Of a stretch of 64,000 nt of DNA, positions 46,501-54,599 are shown piece by piece. Positions within the stretch are counted from its first letter, which is position 1, and each line of letters starts with the position of its first letter. Both the position numbers and the translations under genes were made by a program. Below the pieces are notes generated by a model, which did not search any database, was not told where the DNA came from, and saw nothing but the letters and a program-made list of their open reading frames with translations. The stretch lies in NCBI GenBank assembly GCA_031401135.1, contig JANNRF010000345.1, forward strand, positions 729 to 64,728, given 5' to 3'. Source of the DNA: Deltaproteobacteria bacterium (GTDB lineage Bacteria; Myxococcota_A; UBA9160; UBA6930).

Positions 46501-46778
46501 GCCACGGCCAGATGCAGGGCCTCGGCCCGCACTGGGAGATGTGGGCGTTCGTGCAGGCCGGCATGACGCCTCACGAGGCATTGCGCGTCGCGACGCTGAA
46601 CCCCGCGAAGACGCTCGGCCTCGACCAAGATCTGGGCTCGCTCGAAGCCGGCAAGCTCGCCGATTTCGCAGTGCTTGAACTGAACCCGCTGGAGCGCATC
46701 GAGAACAGCGAGAGCGTGGCGCTCGTGGTGAAGAACGGCGTCGCGTATGCGCTGAGCGAGCTGGAGCGGGCGCAGTGA
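43530..46778 (+). CDS. Periplasmic TolB-like beta-propeller(s) fused to an amidohydrolase domain
   Basis: GTG 43530, 5 nt after GAGGAGG. Signal peptide LSALALLAAHPTLA|E. Repeated PxFSPDG propeller blades. C-terminal FDEHAHLHY metal-binding motif. Confidence 0.85.
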   Translation: MHKPLAVLSALALLAAHPTLAEEPAAEAPWRVDAPIGPARTVAFETGEGSWLHLDVHPDGARIVFSLLGDLYLLPIAGGEAQRITSGPAYDVQPRFSPDGTQVAFASDRSGIENLWVCDLAGGAARALTQEKEVTVSAPAWAPSGEWVVGRKRITDASSLATVELWMWHVKGGQGVRLSKREEQPDAADPMFAPGGDRFVYYSARDERYRYSRNVNEGIWQIKRLDRLDGKSVPITGEFGGAATPVFSRDGKTLAFVRRVRAKTRIELMDVASGRTRVLAEGVQRDNQEGFAFHGVFPGYAFTPDGRALIASADNKLWRFDVASGARTAVPFRAKVEQTVTEALRQPRRVGQGDVRARVLRWASLSPDGKTLLFEALGSIWTMPAKGGAPRRLTDGADLEVAPAFSPNGREVVYATWNDREGGHVWRRALAGGKPVRLTDAPGQYANPAFSPDGSNVVFVRGSGATFRDHDLLEELWLEVRWVSRAGGESHYVASVANRGGDRRMPRPAFSPDGARIFFVDDEPAEQPATPSRSVLHSAQLDGTDKRAHLRFTRAEEIAVSPDGRHVAFNEQHDAWVTALPSASDAAIEVGLENGALPLARLSDEGGEWVAWARGGEAISFVRGPEVRVTRLADALRAPEPEPAPAPDKPAAAKPEAEKEKKPALPASELIAVELRVPRARPTELVAYVGARIITMRGDEVIENGALIVDGDRIRSVGAASELAIPANARRVDLTGRTLIPGLFDEHAHLHYSTLDVHPQRPWKYLANLAYGVTSTHDVSATSHEVFAQSERVEAGLMIGPRIFSTGSVLYGADLPSRTIIKSLDDARRTLRRMKAFGAFSVKSYMQPGRNQRQWILQAAREEGMLVVPEGGGDLEMDMTMVLDGHTTIEHALPIAPLARDVIQLVSQSGTAYTPTLLVAYGGLAGDLWFHQHYELWKDERLARFVPQSIIDGLGRIRGVMATDPADWHHLDVAASAKDLLRAGTLVNLGGHGQMQGLGPHWEMWAFVQAGMTPHEALRVATLNPAKTLGLDQDLGSLEAGKLADFAVLELNPLERIENSESVALVVKNGVAYALSELERAQ

Positions 46779-46816
46779 TCTCGCGATTCTCAGGGCCGCC
46801 GCCTATGGTGCGCCAC

Positions 46817-47344
46817 ATGAACAAACTTCTTCGCACCGCGCTCGCGCTCCTCAGCATTCCCTTCGCGGCGAATGCCGCGGAGCCGGTGGTCGGCGCTGCA
46901 GCGCCGGCGTTCTCGCTGCCCGGTTCCGATGGCGCCACGCACGCGCTCGCCGATCACGTCGGCAAGCGCGGCATCGTGCTGGCCTGGTTCCCGAAAGCGT
47001 TCACACCTGGTTGAACGGAAGAACTGAAGGCGCTGCGTGACAGCGCCAACGCCATCGCGGAGTACGACGTCGCCGTTTATTACGCGAGCCTCGACGACCC
47101 GGCGAAGAACGCCGAGTTCGCGCGCGCGCTGGGCGCGAAACACGTGCTGCTCTCGGACAACAGCGCCGCGGCTGCGAAGGAATACGGCGTGCTCGGCCTC
47201 GGCGGGCTCTACGCGAAACGCTGGACGTTCTACATCGGCAAAGACGGGCGCATCGCCGCGATCGACCAGGACGTGAACGTGAAGAGCGCAGGCCAGGACA
47301 TCGCACGCAAGCTCGGTGAGTTGGGGTTTGCCAAACGGAAGTAG
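46817..47344 (+). CDS. Probable selenoprotein: secreted BCP/PrxQ-type peroxiredoxin with UGA (Sec) at 47012-47014
   Basis: Track ORFs 46775..47014 and 47144..47344 are in the same frame with no other stop between them. Read-through gives WFPKAFTPG-U-TEELKALRD, the Prx active site with TGA in place of Cys. A hairpin lies at 47029-47047. Signal peptide ALLSIPFAANA|A. Confidence 0.75.
47029..47047 (+). promoter_or_regulatory. bSECIS-like stem-loop
   Basis: GGCGCTG (47029-47035) / CAGCGCC (47041-47047) form a perfect 7-bp stem with apical loop CGUGA. The stem begins 14 nt after the UGA. Confidence 0.65.
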
Positions 47345-47372
47345 GGCGGCGGAAAAATCGGAGCGCGCCGCC
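47345..47372 (+). terminator. Hairpin after the peroxiredoxin gene
   Basis: GGCGGCG (47345-47351) / CGCCGCC (47366-47372), followed by GTTTGAG. Confidence 0.35.
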
Positions 47373-47441
47373 GTTTGAGTCCACAGGCCCGGCCGCTACC
47401 GTGCCGCGCCTTCGCATGAGCACCTGCAGGAGTTTCGCTCG

Positions 47442-47858
47442 ATGGCTCGAATGACAGCGCTGACCGTCGTCCTCAGCCTCGCGGTTTTCGCGAGTGTTGC
47501 GGTGGCTGAGCCGTTCAACTCGGAACGCGCGTCGACCGAGTCGGTGGTCGAGGTGCTGACGAGCGACACGGACGGCGAGTTGCGCGAGACGCCTGTCTGG
47601 ATCGTGGTGATCGACGACGTGGCCTACGTGCGCACGAACGATTCGAAGTGGCTCGCGAACATTCGCCGCGGCTCGGCGGTGCGGGTTCGTGTGCGCGGGG
47701 TAGAAAGCGGAGTGCTCGCCTTCGAAGTCGCCGACGCAGCGCTGAAGGCGCGAGTCGAGAAGGCGTTCAAAGCGAAATACGGGCTGCAGCAGCGCATCAT
47801 GAGCGCGTTCCGCACGAGCGAACCCGTAGTGCTGAGACTCGCGCCGAAGGCGGATTGA
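47442..47858 (+). CDS. Secreted small protein (resembles DUF2255)
   Basis: 138 aa. Signal peptide VVLSLAVFASVAVA|E. Confidence 0.65.
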   Translation: MARMTALTVVLSLAVFASVAVAEPFNSERASTESVVEVLTSDTDGELRETPVWIVVIDDVAYVRTNDSKWLANIRRGSAVRVRVRGVESGVLAFEVADAALKARVEKAFKAKYGLQQRIMSAFRTSEPVVLRLAPKAD

Positions 47859-47920
47859 GGCGCTGCTCGTAAAGACGGGCCCCGGCGCGAAGCCAGTGCT
47901 TTCGCACTAGCGTCGCGCGC

Positions 47921-49015
47921 ATGACGCACACACTCGATTTCTTGGTGAAGCGCGACGAACTCCGCAGCGGCGTGTTCGAGCGCGGCGAGGACGCGAGCCA
48001 GATCGCGCTCGCACCCGGCGGCGTGTTGCTCGCGATCGACCACTTCGCGCTCACCGCCAATAACATCACCTACGCGGCGTTCGGCGAGGCCATGGCGTAC
48101 TGGCAGTTCTTTCCCACGCGCGAGGGTTTCGGCCGCGTGCCGGTTTGGGGCTTCGCAGACGTCGTGCGCTCACGCCATGACGCGATTCGCGAGGGCGAGC
48201 GCGTCTACGGCTACTTCCCGATGTCGACGCATCTCGCCGTGCAAGCCGATCGCGTGAGCGACACGAGTTTCGTCGACGCCGCCCTGCACCGCGCGAAGTT
48301 GCCGCCGGTCTACAACCAGTACACGCGCCTCGGCGCCGCGCACCGCCGCGAGCTCGAAGACGCGCAGATGCTGTTCCGCCCGCTGTTCATGACCTCGTTC
48401 GTGATCGACGACATGCTCGCGCGGCATGAGTTCTTCGGCGCGCGCCAGATCGTGCTGTCGAGCGCGTCGAGCAAGACGTCGCTCTCGCTCGCACACCTGC
48501 TCTCGCGCCGTGCGTCGCCGCGCGCCGAAGTGGTCGGCCTCACGTCGCCAGCGCATCGCGCGTTCGTGAAGCGGGCCGGTTGTTACGACCGAATCGCCGG
48601 CTACGACGAGGTCGGCTCGCTCGCGCGTACGCCCGCGGTCTACGTCGACATGGCGGGCAACGGCCCCGTGCTCTCCGCGGTGCACGAGCACTTCGCGGGC
48701 GAGCTGAAGCACTCGTGCTTGGTCGGCGCGACGCACTGGGAAGCGCGCGGCGCGGGCAGGCGCGAGCCGTTACCCGGCCCGAAGCCGGAACTGTTCTTCG
48801 CGCCCGATCACATCCGCGCCGCAATTCAAGCCCTCGGTGCGGACGCATTCTCGGCGCGCGTCGAATCGAGCTGGGGTCCGTTCGCGCACGCGGCGAGCGG
48901 CTGGATCGAGACGACGCGCCACCGCGGCGAAGCCGCCGTTCGCGCCGCGTATCTCGAAGTGCTCGAGAACCGCGCGCTGCCCGAGCGCGGCTACGTGCTC
49001 TCGCTGCGCGAGTAG
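47921..49015 (+). CDS. DUF2855-like protein (MDR/Rossmann-like, unknown function)
   Basis: 364 aa. FALTANNITYAAFGEAMAYWQFFP, as I recall for DUF2855. Confidence 0.7.
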   Translation: MTHTLDFLVKRDELRSGVFERGEDASQIALAPGGVLLAIDHFALTANNITYAAFGEAMAYWQFFPTREGFGRVPVWGFADVVRSRHDAIREGERVYGYFPMSTHLAVQADRVSDTSFVDAALHRAKLPPVYNQYTRLGAAHRRELEDAQMLFRPLFMTSFVIDDMLARHEFFGARQIVLSSASSKTSLSLAHLLSRRASPRAEVVGLTSPAHRAFVKRAGCYDRIAGYDEVGSLARTPAVYVDMAGNGPVLSAVHEHFAGELKHSCLVGATHWEARGAGRREPLPGPKPELFFAPDHIRAAIQALGADAFSARVESSWGPFAHAASGWIETTRHRGEAAVRAAYLEVLENRALPERGYVLSLRE

Positions 49016-49035
49016 GAGGAGGCGCAGCACCCGCA

Positions 49036-49065
49036 GCGCGCAGCGAGCCGCAGGCGAGCGAAGAT
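49036..49065 (-). repeat. REP-like repeat, partial inverted copy
   Basis: GCGCGCAGCGAGCCGCAGGCGAGCGAAGAT is the reverse complement of 40403-40432 with one mismatch. It lies between convergent genes. Confidence 0.6.
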
Positions 49066-49457
49066 CACCTGAGCGAGCGGTGCTCGCTGTTAGGCCCCGG
49101 CGTTGCGTAGAGCAGCTTCACTTCGCCGTGCGGGAGCACGCGATGCCAGAGCCCGCGTGGCACGACGCACGCAGCGCCCGCCGCGAGCTCGATGCGCTCC
49201 TCGCCCTCGGGCCGCTCGAGCAGCACGGTGGCTTGGCCTGCGATCACGAAGAGCAGCTCGTCGCCGTCCGGGTGCCGCTCGCCCGCATGCGGCGCTGGCT
49301 GGTTCATGACGGCGACGCCGATCGAGAGGCCATCAACGCGCGGCGGCGGCCGCATGTTCGCGAGCAGCGAGATCGCACCGCCGCGATCGAATCCAACGCT
49401 TTGCATGGCGAGATCGAGCAGAGCGGTCGTCGGCATCACGGACTCCGAGAGGGGCAT
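49065..49457 (-). CDS. Cupin-domain protein
   Basis: 130 aa. GERHPDGDELLFVIAGQATV...PRGLWHRV. Confidence 0.8.
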   Translation of the reverse strand: MPLSESVMPTTALLDLAMQSVGFDRGGAISLLANMRPPPRVDGLSIGVAVMNQPAPHAGERHPDGDELLFVIAGQATVLLERPEGEERIELAAGAACVVPRGLWHRVLPHGEVKLLYATPGPNSEHRSLR

Positions 49458-49540
49458 GCAGCATACGCGGGGCGAACCGCAGCGCGGCGTGCTAGCGACG
49501 CTCCGCGTTGCCGCCGCAAGGGCCGTGAGGAGAGCGCGCG

Positions 49541-50785
49541 TTGCTGAAGCAGCTCGAACATCCCCAATGGGTGCGCCGCCTCAACCTGTTCGGGCCGTCG
49601 GTCGGCGACCCGCGCCACGTGGTCTCGCTCGATGCCGACGAACTCGTCGCGCTCGCCCGCAAGACCACCGGGCTCGATGATTACGGCGACGCAGGCTGGG
49701 AGCCCGGCTACCGTGCGCTGATGTCAGCGCTCGACGGCGAGGCGCAGCTCCACTTGTTGGGGCGAGTGCTCACGCGCGCCGAGGTGCTGCGCGTGCTCCA
49801 GACGAAGTTGCGTCTTCAGCGCGCGTGGAGCGAGCGGCCTGCGACTTTGCGCGAGCCCGTTGCGGCGCCGCTGTTCGTGCTCGGCCCGCCGCGCTCGGGC
49901 ACCACGATCCTGCTGGAGCTGCTCGCGCTCGATCCGAGCCTGCGCGCGCCGCTCGCCTGGGAGGCAGCGCACCCACTGCCGCTGCTCTCCGACCCCACGC
50001 GTGACGTTGCGCACCGCATGGAACTAGCCGAGAGCGAGCACGAGATGTGGGCTGAGATCGACCCCGCGTTCATCACGATGCACGAGCTGCGGCACGACCT
50101 GCCGTGCGAGTGCGTGCACTTCACGCAGGTGGATTTCGCGGGCCCGTATTGGTCGATGCAGTACGACGCGCCCAGCTACATGCAGTGGAAGCTCACGACG
50201 CCAGGCCTCGACGCGCGCTTCTACGCCGGGCACCGCCGCTTCTTGCAAACGCTCCAGCACGGCAGCGCGCCCAAGCGCTGGCTGCTGAAATCGCCGGGAC
50301 ATCTCTCCACGCTCCCGGCGCTGTTCGGCGAATATCCCGATGCGCGCGTGATCCACACACATCGCGATCCCACCAAGTTTGTCGGCTCGGTCGCGAACCT
50401 GATGTGCACGCTGCGCTTCATGCGCAGCGATGTCGTCGATGTCGCGCAGCAAGGGCAGATCGCGCTCGGCGCGTTCAAGTATCTGCTCGAACTCGGCATG
50501 CAGCTGCGCACGAGCGGCGCGCTGCCCGCGCAGCAGATCGTCGATTCGCACTACCTCGACCTGATGAGCGAGCCGGTGGCGAAGCTGCGTCACATCTACG
50601 AGCAGCTCGGCCTCGCGTGGCCGAATGGGCACGACGAGCGCATTCGCAGCTACCTGCGCGAAAAGCCGAGAGCGAAGTTCGGCGCGCACGCTTACCGGTA
50701 CGAGGAACTCGGGCTCGACGTGAACGCAGTGCGCGAGCAGTTCGCGCCCTACGTCGCGCATTATGGGATTCGCGCAGAAAGCTAG
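49541..50785 (+). CDS. Sulfotransferase-family protein
   Basis: TTG start, 414 aa. PAPS-binding loop GPPRSGTTILLELL and RDPTKFVGS. Confidence 0.82.
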   Translation: MLKQLEHPQWVRRLNLFGPSVGDPRHVVSLDADELVALARKTTGLDDYGDAGWEPGYRALMSALDGEAQLHLLGRVLTRAEVLRVLQTKLRLQRAWSERPATLREPVAAPLFVLGPPRSGTTILLELLALDPSLRAPLAWEAAHPLPLLSDPTRDVAHRMELAESEHEMWAEIDPAFITMHELRHDLPCECVHFTQVDFAGPYWSMQYDAPSYMQWKLTTPGLDARFYAGHRRFLQTLQHGSAPKRWLLKSPGHLSTLPALFGEYPDARVIHTHRDPTKFVGSVANLMCTLRFMRSDVVDVAQQGQIALGAFKYLLELGMQLRTSGALPAQQIVDSHYLDLMSEPVAKLRHIYEQLGLAWPNGHDERIRSYLREKPRAKFGAHAYRYEELGLDVNAVREQFAPYVAHYGIRAES

Positions 50786-50795
50786 GAGGCGCAGG

Positions 50796-51914
50796 GTGGC
50801 CGAGATCGCGAGTGAAGCACGCGGCGCGCTGCGCGAGTTGATCGCGCTGCTGCAAGAAGTCGATCAGCGCTTCCTCTCCGCGGAGTGGAACCTGATGAGC
50901 GGCGCGGACGTGGGCGAGGCGACGCGCGCCCTGATGCACATGCTGCAAGGCGGCCTCGCGCTGCAGTTCGAGCGCGCGCCGGAGCGCCCCTCATTTCGCC
51001 GCATCGTCTCGCCCACGCGCAAGTTCACGGGGGACAACGCCGACGCGATCTACTACGACGCGCCGGTCTCGGGCGAATACGCCTACCGCGTGCGCGGAAA
51101 CATGGCCGGCGCGGCCTACGTCTCGATCACGATCGAGGCTGGCGTTGCGGACGGCGGCCTGCGCGGGCGCACCGCGGGCGTCATCAACGACACGCAGTTC
51201 GACGTCGCCGCGGACGGCGCCTTCGAGCTCGCACTGGGCGGCCCGGAACGAGCGCGCAACTGGTTGCCGCTACCCGGCGACGCCTACGCGCTGACCACGC
51301 GCCACTACTTCGAGGAGCGGCACTGCGTCGCTGCGGACGCCTCGCGCGTGATCCCGCTCGCGATCAAAGTGTTGGGCGGTTCGCCCGCGCCCGCCGCGCC
51401 GAGCGACGCCGGGGTCGCCGCCGGCATTCGCCGCGTGATCGGCTTTGTGCGCGGCCGTTCGCTGGAGATGCCGCCGCTCGCGAACCGTGAGCAGCCCGCC
51501 TTCGTGTCGCGAGTCCCTAATCAGTTCCCGAAGCCCGCGAAGCCCGGCGCGATGGGGCTCGCCGCGTTCGACGCCGCCTACTCGATGGCGCCCTACGTGA
51601 TCGGCCCCGATCAGGCGCTCGTAATGAGCGCGCGCTGGCCGAACTGCCGCTGCGCGAACGTCGACCTCTGGACGCGCCACCAGATGACCTACGACTACGC
51701 GAACCGCAGCGTGTCACTGAACCGCGCGCAGACGAAGCTCGAAGCCGACGGCAGCTTCCGCGTCGTGATCGCGCACAAGGACCCCGGAGTCCCTAATTGG
51801 CTGGACAGCGAGGGCCGCGCGTTCGGGCTGGTGTTCTGGCGCTACATGCTGCCGGAAGGCGAGATCGAGACGCCGCAGGCGAGAGTGGTGAAGTTCGAGG
51901 AGGTAGGGCGGTAA
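50796..51914 (+). CDS. DUF1214-like protein
   Basis: GTG 50796, 6 nt after AGGAGG. FTGDNADAIYYDAPV segment. 372 aa. Confidence 0.7.
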   Translation: MAEIASEARGALRELIALLQEVDQRFLSAEWNLMSGADVGEATRALMHMLQGGLALQFERAPERPSFRRIVSPTRKFTGDNADAIYYDAPVSGEYAYRVRGNMAGAAYVSITIEAGVADGGLRGRTAGVINDTQFDVAADGAFELALGGPERARNWLPLPGDAYALTTRHYFEERHCVAADASRVIPLAIKVLGGSPAPAAPSDAGVAAGIRRVIGFVRGRSLEMPPLANREQPAFVSRVPNQFPKPAKPGAMGLAAFDAAYSMAPYVIGPDQALVMSARWPNCRCANVDLWTRHQMTYDYANRSVSLNRAQTKLEADGSFRVVIAHKDPGVPNWLDSEGRAFGLVFWRYMLPEGEIETPQARVVKFEEVGR

Positions 51915-51916
51915 CC

Positions 51917-52444
51917 ATGCGAGAGTCGATCACAGCACCTGAGGGGGAGCGCAAGGCGGAGAAGGGCTGGTACAACGGCTACAGCTGGAAGGAGCGCGAA
52001 GCCAAGTTTCGAGAACTCAAACGCCCAATTTGTTGAGGGGAACTCCCGGTCGCCAGTGGCCCTTGTCAACTGTGCGGCGATGTCGGCGTCCCGGTGGTTT
52101 ACCACGACGAGGACGACAGCCTTCCGTACCGCTGGCTCCCACCGGCTCTTTTCGCGCTGTGCCGCAACTGTCATCTCGACAAGCTGCACAAGCGTTGTTC
52201 GCGCCCGCATCGATGGAATGCGTTTCTCGCTCACGTTCGTCGAGGTGGGTACGCGAGGGATCTCAAAGATCCGAATGTGAAGCGGGCGGTGCTTGCCGTT
52301 GAGCGTGCGATTGCACGAGGAGAGCCGCAGCCAACACTTCCCGAGCTGCGCCCGTATCGCGCCACCCCAGGAAGTGAGTGGTTCGCCGCGCTCAGCGTGG
52401 ATCCAATCGTCGTGTCACCTGGCGCACCGCGGCCGAGGCCGTGA
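51917..52444 (+). CDS. Cys-rich zinc-ribbon-like protein interrupted by an in-frame TGA (52034-52036); Sec recoding or pseudogene
   Basis: ATG 51917, 2 nt after the upstream TAA. Track ORFs 51797..52036 and 52094..52444 share a frame. Read-through gives KRPIC-U-GELPVASGPCQLCGD...ALCRNCHLDKLHKR. Confidence 0.5.
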
Positions 52445-52501
52445 GCGCGGGCTGAAGCGCTCCACAAAGGAGGCGCGATTGGACAGCCTTTGCCTCGCGC
52501 C

Positions 52502-53299
52502 TCACCTCACCCCTCGCACCACGAACTGCGGCAGAACCGCGAGCCACTCACCGCTCGTGATCGCAGCCTCGATGCGCGTGCGCAGCTCGGCGCAGCGCGC
52601 TTCGGAGAGCGTCCCGAACTTGCGCGCGTATCCGAGCATGTTCTCGACGACGGGGCGCAAGAAGCCCTTGTCGTCAGCGGAGGCGACGATCTCGACGCGC
52701 ACGTCGTTGAAGCCGGCGCTGCGGAATGCGCCGCGCAATTTGCGGCCGATGTGCGGCTCGCGAAACGCGGGCGCGGCGGCGGCGAACAATTCGCGCACTT
52801 CATCGGGTGTTAGGGGCTCGATCAGCACGAACGCCCAGTCCGAGTCGATCGCGGTGAGCGTGCCGCCGGGTTTCAGCACGCGATGCAGTTCGCGCAGCGT
52901 TGTGGCCACGTCAGGCACGTACTCGAGCACATTCTTCGCGAGCGCGCGGTCGCAGCTCGCGTCGGCGAGCGGGAAGCGCTCGCCTGTTAGGTGGTGCACG
53001 TCGACGCGCTCCGCTACGCCGGCTTCTACCGCCACCGCACGCGCGCGCGTCACGAACTCCGCGTTCACGTCGAGGGCGTGCACGCGCCCGCTCGGGCCGA
53101 CCAGGCGCGCGATCTGCGCGGCCACGTAGCCGGGCCCGCAGCCGAGATCGAGCGCGGTCAAGCCGGGCGCGAGCGCGAGCGGGGCCAGCAGCTTGTCGGC
53201 GCGCTTGTCATCGAGCCGAAACATCTCGTCGTAACGAGCGAAGCGATCCGGCTCGATCGTGACCCAGTGATCGCGGAAGTAGCTGTCGAGCGAGGACAT
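52502..53299 (-). CDS. Class I SAM-dependent methyltransferase
   Basis: ATG 53299, 7 nt after GGGAGG. Motif I ALDLGCGPGY. LKPGG post-I motif. Confidence 0.85.
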   Translation of the reverse strand: MSSLDSYFRDHWVTIEPDRFARYDEMFRLDDKRADKLLAPLALAPGLTALDLGCGPGYVAAQIARLVGPSGRVHALDVNAEFVTRARAVAVEAGVAERVDVHHLTGERFPLADASCDRALAKNVLEYVPDVATTLRELHRVLKPGGTLTAIDSDWAFVLIEPLTPDEVRELFAAAAPAFREPHIGRKLRGAFRSAGFNDVRVEIVASADDKGFLRPVVENMLGYARKFGTLSEARCAELRTRIEAAITSGEWLAVLPQFVVRGVR

Positions 53300-53637
53300 A
53301 AGGGCGCCTCCCAGAAGGAGTCGCCCGTATACACCAGGCATTCGACGGCCGGGGAACGCGGGCCGCTTACGCCGCGGGCGTGCTGCATCGCGGCGTCGCC
53401 CGGTTTCTCGAACGGGTTGCCCATCGGGAAGTTCACGAACACGCTGCGCGGCGGCAGCACTTGTTGGGTGAGATCGCGGCCGGCCGAGATGAGCACGGCC
53501 GGGATGCGGCGGGCTTCGAGAGTGCGTGCGACCAGCCCGCGGTCGGGTCGTCGACCGATCAAGCGGGCACGAGCAGGAACGAATCGACGCGCGCGGCGCG
53601 GGATCGCCTTCACGACGAGCGCCGCGCCCCCGGTCAT
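53158..53637 (-). CDS. Small ORF resembling the C-terminal region of GrdB/PrdB-family reductase proteins; 3' end anomalous
   Basis: ATG 53637 in an ATGA overlap with the upstream methyltransferase stop. IPAVLISAGRDLTQQVLPPRSVFVNFPMGNPFEKPGDAAMQ. There is no stop until 53158, which is 141 nt inside the next gene. Confidence 0.4.
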   Translation of the reverse strand: MTGGAALVVKAIPRRARRFVPARARLIGRRPDRGLVARTLEARRIPAVLISAGRDLTQQVLPPRSVFVNFPMGNPFEKPGDAAMQHARGVSGPRSPAVECLVYTGDSFWEAPLCPRSTATSAITGSRSSRIASLVTTRCFGSMTSAPTSCWPRSRSRPA

Positions 53638-54389
53638 CTCCGCCTCAGCACGACCATCGCTCTGCGCACGATCGCGGCGGCGGGCTGGCCCTCGATGCTG
53701 AACGCGCTGTCTCCGGCCGCGCCGCTTGCTGCCGGATGCCACGACTCGATGGCGAACTCGGGGCAAGCGCCCACGCGTTCGACGAAGGAACTCGTCGTGT
53801 AGCCGCGCAGATGAGAACCGGCGCCCCACGCAAGGCTTCGCGTAATGCCCGCTTCGGTCACGGCGACACCCTCGTTCTCGCCGCGCACGGTGACTTCGCC
53901 GCGCGTCACCTCCCAGCCTTCGCTGGTGGTGGTCACCGGGTCGTCGGCGCTCCGCAGGAATCCGAGATCAATCACGTAGACGCCGCAGGGTCGCAGCGCT
54001 GCCGCCATGCAGCGCAGATGCGCGTCGGCCGCGCTGTCGCTGTGAAGCAGGCGGAACGAACTGATTGGGTTGAAAGCGGCGCCGAAGGGCTCGCGCACTG
54101 AGAACGCGGTCATGTCGGCGCAGAGCGTCGCAAGGTGCGTCGCCTCGGCGGCGGCTTGCTCAAGCGCGAGTTCGAGCATTGCCGGGCTCGAGTCGAGGCC
54201 GGTGACGCGAAAGCCGCGCCGAGCGAGCAAGCGCGCGACCCGCGCGGGACCGCAGCCGACTTCGAGGAGCGACTCGGCAGGTGTTATGCCGCAGCGCGCG
54301 AACGTGCGGAACTCGGCTTCGCTGCTGCGGTCGAAGCCGAAGAGAATGTCGTAGTAGAGCGGGTGGTCGTAGATCGTGTCGGTGGCCAT
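53634..54389 (-). CDS. Class I SAM-dependent methyltransferase
   Basis: 251 aa. Motif I LLEVGCGPARVA, then GLDSSPAML. Confidence 0.85.
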   Translation of the reverse strand: MATDTIYDHPLYYDILFGFDRSSEAEFRTFARCGITPAESLLEVGCGPARVARLLARRGFRVTGLDSSPAMLELALEQAAAEATHLATLCADMTAFSVREPFGAAFNPISSFRLLHSDSAADAHLRCMAAALRPCGVYVIDLGFLRSADDPVTTTSEGWEVTRGEVTVRGENEGVAVTEAGITRSLAWGAGSHLRGYTTSSFVERVGACPEFAIESWHPAASGAAGDSAFSIEGQPAAAIVRRAMVVLRRR

Positions 54390-54599
54390 GTGTCGTCTCC
54401 CGAGGCGGGCGCGAGCGGAGGGCTCGAGGCGCAGTGGTCATGCAGGCGCACGCTGCGCGAGGCGAACCCGCGAGGGCGCTCTTGAATCGATGCGTACTCG
54501 GATCAATGAGAGAACATGACCCGCGCAGCGTCCTACGCCGGGAAGTTCCAGTCAAGCTGAGAACGCCACGAAGATCGCTCAATTCGAGGACGCGATAGC

